IMG/VR virus record: IMGVR_UViG_3300010885_076238
Coordinates: 1 to 64,000 of that record
Direction: 5' to 3' (one strand)
DNA length: 64,000 nt
Positions 56,776 through 64,000 of this stretch are shown in pieces (positions within the stretch are counted from its first letter, which is position 1; each line of letters starts with the position of its first letter). A program made the translations under genes and the position numbers. Under the pieces are notes generated by a model. It had not been told where the DNA came from. It ran no database searches and saw nothing but the letters and a program-made list of their open reading frames with translations.

Positions 56776-56830
56776 AAAAGAGAGTAGAATTCCCGTCTGA
56801 GATACGGCGGGAGTTCTATTTCTCTTTTTA
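56776..56830 (+). terminator. Long intrinsic terminator hairpin
   Basis: AAAAGAGAGTAGAATTCCCGTC/GGCGGGAGTTCTATTTTCTCTTTT. Confidence 0.85.
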
Positions 56831-56841
56831 AAAGGATTTTT

Positions 56842-57192
56842 ATGAAAATTGACAAATCTTTAATCTTAATTGCTGTATTTTCAATTGTATCTTGGGAGAT
56901 ATTTTGTTATCAAAATAATCAAATCAAAGTATTGAAAGAATTTGTTGAAATAAATAAAAAATCTCAAGAAATTAACGAAGATGAAATTAGAGATTTAATT
57001 TGTGCAGTTCAAGAAGAAAAAAACAAAAATGAGGGAATTGCTACTCGCAACTATGTCGCTGGAATTTTGGATGGAGTGAATAAAAAAGACTACTACGCCG
57101 AGGTTTGGCATAAAGGATTCGATAGTGGCATTCAAAATAAAATTTTAATAGGAGAATCTGAAAAGGCATATGTTGTGAATAAAGGCGAATAA
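56842..57192 (+). CDS. Hypothetical protein with N-terminal TM anchor
   Basis: LILIAVFSIVSWEIF followed by a coiled region; AAGGA SD. Confidence 0.7.
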   Translation: MKIDKSLILIAVFSIVSWEIFCYQNNQIKVLKEFVEINKKSQEINEDEIRDLICAVQEEKNKNEGIATRNYVAGILDGVNKKDYYAEVWHKGFDSGIQNKILIGESEKAYVVNKGE

Positions 57193-57198
57193 AAATTA

Positions 57199-57356
57199 AT
57201 TTAAGGTGTTATGGATTGGATTGGGATTGCCCACAATCAAAGATAGTGCTTTGATTGAGCAATAACTTAAGCGAGCATAGTTGGTCACTCCAATGATTTT
57301 TGGGAAAGTGAGCGTTGTCGCGTCTCAAAAATAGCACCAATCCATAACCCTTAAAT
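57199..57356 (+). ncRNA. Unclassified structured RNA candidate
   Basis: 20-bp closing stem (57199-57219 with 57337-57356), second stem with G-U pairs, 9-bp hairpin 57234-57257, hairpin 57285-57311. Confidence 0.45.
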
Positions 57357-58046
57357 AAATTTAGGCTTTCTTTTAATTATGCTTGTTGTATCATCAAATA
57401 ATAAAAGATCGTCAATTGATCCTATTAATCCATCTGCTAAGATTTGAATCATTTCATCATTTTCTCTTAATTCTTTGACAATTTCAATTTGCATAGAATG
57501 GACATGGTTGTTAGGATACCATATTCTAAATAATTGATTCATATTGTTTTTCGAACGCCCAGAATATTTTCCTCTTTTTTTTCCTTCATAAACACCGAAC
57601 GATTCGTTTTCTAAAAAATAACAAAAAGCATCTTTTATACGAAGATCACAAGTATATGAAGAAGGATTTCCTTCTCCGTAACCTATAATTAAGTCTAAGT
57701 TTTGATCGGCAACTTCATTTTTTACGCTATTACTGCATCCATGTAAATAAAAAATATAAACTCTGTTGTCTATTTTTTTTAGAATTCTAGCTGTCATTCT
57801 TAGAATTTGTTCTAAAAATTCTTCTTTTATAACATCTTCGTGAACATGACCAACATGATTGCAGTCTGCTTCATCTGCAAAATAATTAAATTTTTTATTT
57901 CTTTTCCATCCTCTGTTTATAACGGCAAAAGCTCCCATCTCAGAGGCAACAGTGTCCGCAATCAAGGCGGTATTTGTATCGTCTAGACCATGGGGAGCAA
58001 CCAAAATTACCGGGATGTCTCCATTTATCAGACTTACTCTTTCCAT
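57351..58046 (-). CDS. N-formylglutamate amidohydrolase / poly-gamma-glutamate-hydrolase-like Zn hydrolase
   Basis: PVILVAPHG, FYLHG, SMQIEI; AAGGAG SD. Confidence 0.6.
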   Translation of the reverse strand: MERVSLINGDIPVILVAPHGLDDTNTALIADTVASEMGAFAVINRGWKRNKKFNYFADEADCNHVGHVHEDVIKEEFLEQILRMTARILKKIDNRVYIFYLHGCSNSVKNEVADQNLDLIIGYGEGNPSSYTCDLRIKDAFCYFLENESFGVYEGKKRGKYSGRSKNNMNQLFRIWYPNNHVHSMQIEIVKELRENDEMIQILADGLIGSIDDLLLFDDTTSIIKRKPKFI

Positions 58047-58184
58047 AAAATTTACTCCTTATTTTTCAATATTATAGTTGTTTTATAAATTTAAAAATAC
58101 TTTAAACAAACTTTAATTTATTGTGCATAAATTTTTTTTATTCTCGACCGTTATGTCGATAGACACCTGTACAAGGAGATAAAA

Positions 58185-59198
58185 ATGATGATTCCATATG
58201 TTCCAATAAACGAAAATCGTCGAGAAGAACTTCAAATTGATCTTTCGAATTGTAATAAAACCTTAAAAAAGTATTACAAACAAGTTGCTCATCGAAAAGG
58301 AAGCAGGGGATTTGTAACTAGCAACAACGAAAGTATTAATAGACCCAAATATTACAAACAAATATTGGGTGCGTATAGAAGTTGTCCCACGGCAGATATT
58401 AATTTGCACGGAGTCTTAATTCCAAATTGTGATGTTAGGGCAATAGTTTTTCTTGAAGATATTAGATGGGAAATTCTAACATCTATTTCGGGAATGCTCA
58501 CTGGGCTTGCCAATAAGAAAAACAAAAGCAAGAGTCTTTGTGATTCTGCGTTATCTTTTGAGGATTTGGAAAGTGAAGCTTTCAAGTCTGCCCTTTCCTC
58601 TATTCACTCTTACGCAAAAGAAAAGATTTGTTTTTCTACATATTTTTATGTTTGTGCAAACAGACACATCAGCAGCTTGTGCAGTAGATCTAATTCTATG
58701 TCTAAACTTAGCAAAAAATCAATTAAACTAAAAAGAAGATACATAGAAGTTCAAAAGTCTTTAGGAAGAAACTCTAATTTTGAAGAAGTTGTTGAACTTA
58801 TGAATTTGAAAGAAAATGAAATTGAACTTCTCCGATCTACATTGAATTGTTTCGTTTCTCATCACGATGAAAAAACTACAATGAGTAAGCATTACGCTGG
58901 AGTTGATGGGGCGAAACATTATTCTTCCTCTGGGAAAAGGGGTGGGGATTTGATTTTATCTTCAAATAATACTTTTGTAGAATCGTTAGATGATAAAGAG
59001 ATTGGAGGCATGAATCTCACCGATTTGGAAAAAGCTGTCTTAGAAGGATTTATGCAATCTTCTAGCAAACTAGGAATAAACTCCGTTGCTAAGAATGTTG
59101 TCAATCCTAAGACTGGCAAGCCTTTTTCAAGGATGGCTGTGACTTATGCTTGGAGAAGGGTAAAAGAGAAAATCAATAACTTCAGGAAAGTTGCCTAA
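58185..59198 (+). CDS. Divergent sigma70-family RNA polymerase sigma factor
   Basis: Region 2 (FEDLESEAF...Y..EKICFSTY...NRHI), region 3 (QKSLGRNSNFEEVVELMNL), region 4 (LTDLEKAVL...INSVAK...SRMAVTYAWRRVKEKI); AAGGAG SD. Confidence 0.75.
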   Translation: MMIPYVPINENRREELQIDLSNCNKTLKKYYKQVAHRKGSRGFVTSNNESINRPKYYKQILGAYRSCPTADINLHGVLIPNCDVRAIVFLEDIRWEILTSISGMLTGLANKKNKSKSLCDSALSFEDLESEAFKSALSSIHSYAKEKICFSTYFYVCANRHISSLCSRSNSMSKLSKKSIKLKRRYIEVQKSLGRNSNFEEVVELMNLKENEIELLRSTLNCFVSHHDEKTTMSKHYAGVDGAKHYSSSGKRGGDLILSSNNTFVESLDDKEIGGMNLTDLEKAVLEGFMQSSSKLGINSVAKNVVNPKTGKPFSRMAVTYAWRRVKEKINNFRKVA

Positions 59199-59204
59199 TA
59201 CATC

Positions 59205-60329
59205 ATGCAGAAACATCTTAATTTTTTGGTTCCGAGTTTAGACGCTAGAAGAAATTTTATTCAATCTGGCCAGTGTAATTTGAATTCTTTCATTGGAAAT
59301 GAGGAGGCAATAAGGCGCCTTTCTAGAGCGGTTTTTTCTGCCATTGGAAAAGAAGACCACTGCTGTTCGGACTATTCTTTTGCTTTGTGCGGGCCACCAT
59401 CTACCGGCAAGACTTATCTTGCAAAACTATTTGCCAAGACATTGTCTATACCTTTTGTTGTTATCGAACCGCAGACAGTGAAAAAAGTTGATGATATTTT
59501 CTTTGAAACCCAAAAGGCAATTACCGAGCATTATCAAAAGCTTGGACTAAACTTTGAATTATTTGACTTTGGCGACAAAGTTTATTGTCCTCCTCCTTGT
59601 GTTGTTTTTATCGATGAGGTTCACAATCTAAAATCAAATGTTGTTCAAGGTTTATTGAAGGCGACAGAGCCAAACGATAGACTTATGATTACTGAAGAAG
59701 GAAGTACGATTCATACAAATAATATCTGTTGGGTGATAGCAACCACAGATAGAGGCGATTTGTTCGATGCTTTTGATACAAGATTTCAAAAAGTATTTCT
59801 AAGACTGTATTCCAAGAAAGAAATTTCTAAAATTATCAACTCCAACAACCCAGATTGGAGCGAGGAGATTTGCGATATTGTTTCAAACTATAATTCACAA
59901 GTTCCAAGAGAAGCTATTGCTTTTGCAAAAGACATGAGGGTTGAACAAGAAATGAATCCAAGAGATTGGAAATTCGTTGCTCAATCTGTTGCAAGGGATC
60001 ACGGAATTGATGAATTTGGAATGAGCCAAATAAGAGTTGATATTCTTAAAGCATTGGGTCAATCTCCAATGTCTGCATCGCAACTTCCATTTGTTGCACA
60101 TGTAAAAGAAGATGAACTTAGAAAGTATATTATGCCCCCACTTCTCTCTAGAACCCCAGATCAAGCGATTCCCATGGTTACAGTCTCGACCAAAGGGTAT
60201 ACAATAACCATTGCTGGAATTGACGAGCTAAATAAGAGAGGGATTAGAAACAGGGGTTTAGAGGCTATTCCAGAAAGCGTTAGACATTCTTTCGTAAAAG
60301 AAGAAGAAAAGGAGATTTCTTATGCCTGA
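59205..60329 (+). CDS. RuvB-like AAA+ ATPase
   Basis: FIGNE, CGPPSTGKT, FIDEVHNL, IATT.RG...TRF, VPR sensor 2, GIDEFG, C-terminal winged helix. Confidence 0.85.
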   Translation: MQKHLNFLVPSLDARRNFIQSGQCNLNSFIGNEEAIRRLSRAVFSAIGKEDHCCSDYSFALCGPPSTGKTYLAKLFAKTLSIPFVVIEPQTVKKVDDIFFETQKAITEHYQKLGLNFELFDFGDKVYCPPPCVVFIDEVHNLKSNVVQGLLKATEPNDRLMITEEGSTIHTNNICWVIATTDRGDLFDAFDTRFQKVFLRLYSKKEISKIINSNNPDWSEEICDIVSNYNSQVPREAIAFAKDMRVEQEMNPRDWKFVAQSVARDHGIDEFGMSQIRVDILKALGQSPMSASQLPFVAHVKEDELRKYIMPPLLSRTPDQAIPMVTVSTKGYTITIAGIDELNKRGIRNRGLEAIPESVRHSFVKEEEKEISYA

Positions 60330-60462
60330 TAGTTTGAAGTTCGCAATTGCTTTAATTATAGTATTTTTTATCTATCCTCCATTGATGGGTTTGTTTTTCG
60401 GTCTTGGCGTAATTGTTTGCATTAGACTTTTGATAGAAAAAATTGTAAATGACTTTACGTAA
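60322..60462 (+). CDS. 46-aa two-TM membrane protein (below the ORF-track cutoff)
   Basis: AAGGAG SD 7 nt before ATG; MPDSLKFAIALIIVFFIYPPLMGLFFGLGVIVCIRLLIEKIVNDFT; overlaps the RuvB-like stop. Confidence 0.65.
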   Translation: MPDSLKFAIALIIVFFIYPPLMGLFFGLGVIVCIRLLIEKIVNDFT

Positions 60463-60468
60463 TTATGA

Positions 60469-60497
60469 TTGAAATTTGAATTTGAATTCGATATAAT
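60469..60497 (+). promoter_or_regulatory. Sigma70-like promoter (17-bp spacer)
   Basis: TTGAAA-N17-TATAAT. Confidence 0.55.
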
Positions 60498-60526
60498 GAT
60501 TCTTCCTCATTAGAGAATTAATAATT

Positions 60527-60973
60527 ATGTCTTATTCAACAAATAGAGTGGTTGCTATTCCTGCCGGGAAATGCCCTGTAAAATTGCAAAGCACTAAAAA
60601 AGAAGATGTTGTCGAATGGGCAGAAGAAGTTATTGCTACTGGATTTAAAAGCAATATAAATTACCTTCCTTCTTCTTTAATATTTTTTGCACAACAATTT
60701 TTTAATATTTTTACCGATGATTACAAAACGGTTTGCAATCACATAAACTTAGCATATAATACTGACTCCAAAGAGCTTCAAAATTTAATTGATAAAATTA
60801 GCATTGAAAAAAGAATATTAGACAAGCAAAAAGAAAAACAAAGAGAAGAGAAAGACAAAGAAGAAAATATTTTGAGGCTAAAAAAAGCTCAAGCACAAAA
60901 ACCTCAAATAGTCCAAAAAACAGAAGAGAAGCCTGTGGAAGTAAAAAAGAAGATTGTCATAAGAAGAAAATAA
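60527..60973 (+). CDS. Hypothetical protein
   Basis: 148-aa ORF with a charged C-terminus. Confidence 0.7.
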   Translation: MSYSTNRVVAIPAGKCPVKLQSTKKEDVVEWAEEVIATGFKSNINYLPSSLIFFAQQFFNIFTDDYKTVCNHINLAYNTDSKELQNLIDKISIEKRILDKQKEKQREEKDKEENILRLKKAQAQKPQIVQKTEEKPVEVKKKIVIRRK

Positions 60974-60984
60974 GACAATTAATT

Positions 60985-61053
60985 ATGGAAACAACGGCTT
61001 TAATATGGGTGTTAGTAGTTTTTGTTTACGCCTACTTTTGTAGCTTTGACTAA
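60985..61053 (+). CDS. Possible 22-aa single-TM peptide
   Basis: METTALIWVLVVFVYAYFCSFD fills the gap between genes; no clear SD. Confidence 0.35.
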   Translation: METTALIWVLVVFVYAYFCSFD

Positions 61054-61066
61054 CTTAGGAGTTTTT

Positions 61067-61267
61067 ATGAAGGATCATGTTCGTGACTATTCGCCTAGTC
61101 AGGAAGAAATTGAGCAGGCTTGCTTAGAGATAAGAAAAAAATGGTCTGAAGCTGAGTTTTTTAAACGAGCAAACATAAAGAAGCAAGATTATCATGTTCC
61201 ATTTTGTGATATAAGCAACTCATGCAGTGAATTTGAAGCAGAGAAAAACATCTATAGATTAGGATAA
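61067..61267 (+). CDS. Small protein with planctomycete-like PSQEEIEQACLEIRKKWS motif
   Basis: TAGGAG SD before ATG 61067. Confidence 0.65.
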   Translation: MKDHVRDYSPSQEEIEQACLEIRKKWSEAEFFKRANIKKQDYHVPFCDISNSCSEFEAEKNIYRLG

Positions 61268-61330
61268 AATTTTATTTAAGGTGGAACGTTATGGATTAGC
61301 ATAGATGAATTTTTTCCTGCGAGATTCCAC

Positions 61331-62239
61331 ATGAAATTCGGCGTTTGTTGTATAGTTCTTGATTTAGAAAATAATGATTCGCCTAAAAAGTTTCAAAAAA
61401 TAACTTACAAAAGATTTTCTTCTCTTCCTAGAGAAGAGGCAGTCGGAATTCTAAGTCAAAGAATATTAAATAATATTGACGTTACTTTTCACGCAATCAA
61501 GTATTGTGCGGAAAGAAATTACTGTTACAGGCTTTCTAGCGATTTGTTTCCTCTAATAACTTATGATAAAGCTAACGTAACTTTAGAAGAACTACCAGAT
61601 TATTCTAAAATAGAGAATTTGTTTTCTCAAATTAAAGAATATATTTGTGCAAGTAATACTAGAATTTCTTGTCATCCTAGTGAATATAATGTTCTTGCTT
61701 CTAAAAACCAAGAAGCGGTAAACAAAACTATAAAAGAATTAAATTTCTATAGTTGGTTCATGGATCAAATCGGATGTCCAGCCAATTATAATTCACCTAT
61801 GAATCTTCATATTCACAATAACGATGGTGATCCTTCGGAGATCATCGATAGATTTATAAAGAATTGCGAAGGTCTTGATGAAAATTGTTGGAACAGACTT
61901 GTTATTGAAAATGATGATAAAATTAATTGTTGGAGCGTGAATAAATTAATTAAATATTATCATTCTGCTACAAATAAGCCAATAACTCTTGATTATCTTC
62001 ATCACAAGTGTCATCCTGATAATCTTAGCGAAAAAGACGCTGTAGCCGCTTGTTGCAACACTTGGGGTGAATACAAGCCTTTATTTCACTACTCAGAAAG
62101 CAAAGAAGGCAAAAATCCACGCGCCCACGCAGATTATGCCATTAATAAATTTGACAACTACGGATTTGATTTTGATATTGACTTTGAATTGAAAATGAAA
62201 GACCAAGCCATAGCAAAATATTTGCAAGAAGTAGCATGA
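61331..62239 (+). CDS. uvsE: UV damage endonuclease
   Basis: YRLSSDLFP, RISCHPSEYNVLAS, LVIENDD, LDYLHH, HYSES, AHADY, ELKMKD. Confidence 0.93.
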   Translation: MKFGVCCIVLDLENNDSPKKFQKITYKRFSSLPREEAVGILSQRILNNIDVTFHAIKYCAERNYCYRLSSDLFPLITYDKANVTLEELPDYSKIENLFSQIKEYICASNTRISCHPSEYNVLASKNQEAVNKTIKELNFYSWFMDQIGCPANYNSPMNLHIHNNDGDPSEIIDRFIKNCEGLDENCWNRLVIENDDKINCWSVNKLIKYYHSATNKPITLDYLHHKCHPDNLSEKDAVAACCNTWGEYKPLFHYSESKEGKNPRAHADYAINKFDNYGFDFDIDFELKMKDQAIAKYLQEVA

Positions 62240-63204
62240 TTGATTTATTAGAAAAATACCACGATCAAAAATTACTAATTAAACAGAGCCACCCTACTCT
62301 TCCTTTAATTATTTGGAATTATTCTCCAAAAGTTCAATATGATCGGCTATGGAACGAAACAACCCTCATGTGCCGAGCTTTGGTTACTGATCAAGAAGGC
62401 AATATAGTAGCTAGAAGCTTCAATAAATTTTTTAATTTAGAAGAAGAAAAGCAAATACCAAACGAGCCTTATGAAATTTATGAAAAATTAGACGGATCAT
62501 TAATTGTTCTTTTCTGGTACAAAGACGAATTGATTGTATCTTCTAAAGGATCATTCATTAGTGATCATGCTTTGCAAGCTAAAAGGTTATTGAATAATTA
62601 TGATTTATCCTGTTTAGATTCTACGAAAACTTATTGTTTTGAACTTGTGGCTCCTTGGAATCGAATAGTTTGCTCTTATCCTAAAGAAGAATTGTTTTTA
62701 TTAGCTAAATTCGACAATTCTGGAAAAGAATACCCAATAGACACTTACACGAACTTTCCTTTTGTTAAAAAATATAATTCTTTAGATATTAATAAAATAA
62801 AAGAAACTATAACCGACGATAGAGAAGGTGTGGTTGTTCGTTTTGATTCTGGGAAAAGAATTAAAATAAAAGGAAGCGAATATGTCAGATTGCACAAACT
62901 GGTTACTGGGCTATCTGAAAGTTCTATTTTAGAACTATTAAAAAATAATCAATCCGTCGAATCCATATTAGACAAAGTTCCTGACGAATTCTATCAGTGG
63001 GCCAAAAGTGTCGAACAAAAATTTAAATTTGAATTTAATGAAATATTAAATGAGTGTAAAAATTCCTACAAGGAAATGGGAACCAGAAAAGAAACTGCCT
63101 TGTATTTTTTGAGTCAAAAATATCCTCAAATTTTATTTGCTTTGCTTGATAAAAAGGAAACAAATGATATAATTTGGAAAATAGTTGAGAAAAATCATGC
63201 TTGA
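62236..63204 (+). CDS. T4 Rnl1-like RNA ligase
   Basis: WNYSP, MCRALV, RSFNKFFN, EKLDGS, FEL, EGVV, IKIKG..Y..LH. Confidence 0.9.
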   Translation: MIDLLEKYHDQKLLIKQSHPTLPLIIWNYSPKVQYDRLWNETTLMCRALVTDQEGNIVARSFNKFFNLEEEKQIPNEPYEIYEKLDGSLIVLFWYKDELIVSSKGSFISDHALQAKRLLNNYDLSCLDSTKTYCFELVAPWNRIVCSYPKEELFLLAKFDNSGKEYPIDTYTNFPFVKKYNSLDINKIKETITDDREGVVVRFDSGKRIKIKGSEYVRLHKLVTGLSESSILELLKNNQSVESILDKVPDEFYQWAKSVEQKFKFEFNEILNECKNSYKEMGTRKETALYFLSQKYPQILFALLDKKETNDIIWKIVEKNHA

Positions 63205-63472
63205 ACACAGAGAAAGTTGCGGACATACTGAAGGGGGTTGGTGTTCTTATTGTATTGAGTTGTGGAAAGAAGCATATTATAAAGGCAAAAAAGATGGAGT
63301 AGTTGGGAAAAAAGCGTTCATGTGCGTTACAGATTATGAGTATGATCTAGAATCAGCAAGTGGTGGCTGTAGGATTTATCCAAGTGAAACAGACTTGAAA
63401 AAGCATTCCAAGTGCTGGGCAGAGTGCGGAATAGTTGAAGTTGAAGTAACACTAAAGAAAGAAGAGTCATGA
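63197..63472 (+). CDS. Hypothetical protein
   Basis: Overlaps neighbours; C/H-containing motifs. Confidence 0.6.
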   Translation: MLEHRESCGHTEGGWCSYCIELWKEAYYKGKKDGVVGKKAFMCVTDYEYDLESASGGCRIYPSETDLKKHSKCWAECGIVEVEVTLKKEES

Positions 63473-63933
63473 AAGAAGAACTTGAGCAAAAATTATTTGA
63501 TAAATATCCTTATTTATTTGAAAATCGTCATAAGTCCATTCAAGAAAGCTGTATGGCTTGGGGAATTGAATTTTCCGATGGGTGGTTTGATATTATTAAT
63601 AATTTGTGTTTTGAAGTAGAGCAATATGAAAAAGAAGTCGCAAATGAAAAGTCTTCAAGATATAACAAGGATTACCAAAAGGTAAAATTTGATCAAACTA
63701 AAGAAAAATTTGGCGGGCTTAGAGTTTATTATTCTGGCGGGGACGAATACGTCAGAGGACTAATCAACATGGCAGAAGCAATGAGTTATTCTACTTGTGA
63801 AAATTGTGGAAATAAAGGCAAGCCCAATGAAGGTGGTTGGATATCAACTCTTTGTGAAAATTGTAGAACCAAGGCAAGACTAGATTCTTTGCAAAAATTA
63901 TCAGACTCGGATCAGGAATTGGGATTCGTATGA
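63469..63933 (+). CDS. Conserved phage protein (DQ.KEKFGGLR.Y...CENCG)
   Basis: Widely seen phage motif GWFDII...QTKEKFGGLRVY...TCENCG. Confidence 0.75.
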   Translation: MKEELEQKLFDKYPYLFENRHKSIQESCMAWGIEFSDGWFDIINNLCFEVEQYEKEVANEKSSRYNKDYQKVKFDQTKEKFGGLRVYYSGGDEYVRGLINMAEAMSYSTCENCGNKGKPNEGGWISTLCENCRTKARLDSLQKLSDSDQELGFV

Positions 63934-64000
63934 AATATCACACCAGCCCAGAAAGATTCAGCTTTCTGAAAAACAATAAAGAAAATGACTTGTCTTTAAC
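63930..64000 (+). CDS. Partial ORF truncated at right edge
   Basis: ATGA overlap with the previous stop; frame open to the end. Confidence 0.45.
   Translation, partial: MKYHTSPERFSFLKNNKENDLSL

Noticed and set aside
57199-57356. MITE with 20-bp terminal inverted repeats
   Set aside because: No target-site duplication, no second copy in the window, and the right repeat overlaps a gene's stop codon. Internal G-U-paired stems fit an RNA better.
47868-60329. Inteins or introns in ClpX, the RuvB-like ATPase or the sigma factor
   Set aside because: Lengths are normal and no splice-junction or homing-endonuclease motifs are seen. The HNH at 8237 is free-standing.
1-64000. Eukaryotic giant virus or cellular chromosome origin
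   Set aside because: SD sites, sigma70 promoters, CsrA, TilS and a sigma factor argue against a giant virus. Tail-fibre motifs, Rnl1, phage-typical hypotheticals and the absence of housekeeping operons argue against a chromosome. Not formally excluded without the full contig.

Overview
This looks like an AT-rich, densely coded segment of a large (jumbo-type) bacteriophage genome in the standard bacterial code. The phage call rests on tail-fibre-like motifs, a T4 Rnl1-type RNA ligase, UvsE, a Dda/RecD2-like helicase, Shine-Dalgarno sites, sigma70 promoters and a CCA-less tRNA. Several proteins resemble families I recognise from Planctomycetota, so a planctomycete host is inferred. Bases 1-6.6 kb encode Pro/Thr mucin-like and virion-type proteins plus an S8 protease. 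About 30 glycosyltransferase, nucleotide-sugar and tailoring genes (glf, fcl, gmd, WbqC, DegT, carbamoyl-, sulfo-, methyl- and acetyltransferases, 2OG oxygenases) occupy most of 5-54 kb. Interleaved with them is a candidate host-takeover set: a divergent sigma70-family factor, a stand-alone RNAP alpha-CTD, three paralogous nucleoid-protein-like genes, two CsrA, ClpX, a RuvB-like ATPase, and TilS next to tRNA-Ile2(CAU). Non-coding observations include an orphan TnpB omega-RNA-like remnant (12455-12547), a 158-nt structured RNA candidate (57199-57356), a 5'-UTR pseudoknot (43938-43989) and eight sigma70-like promoters sharing a 16-bp spacer. All family calls come from motifs read by eye; no database searches were run.
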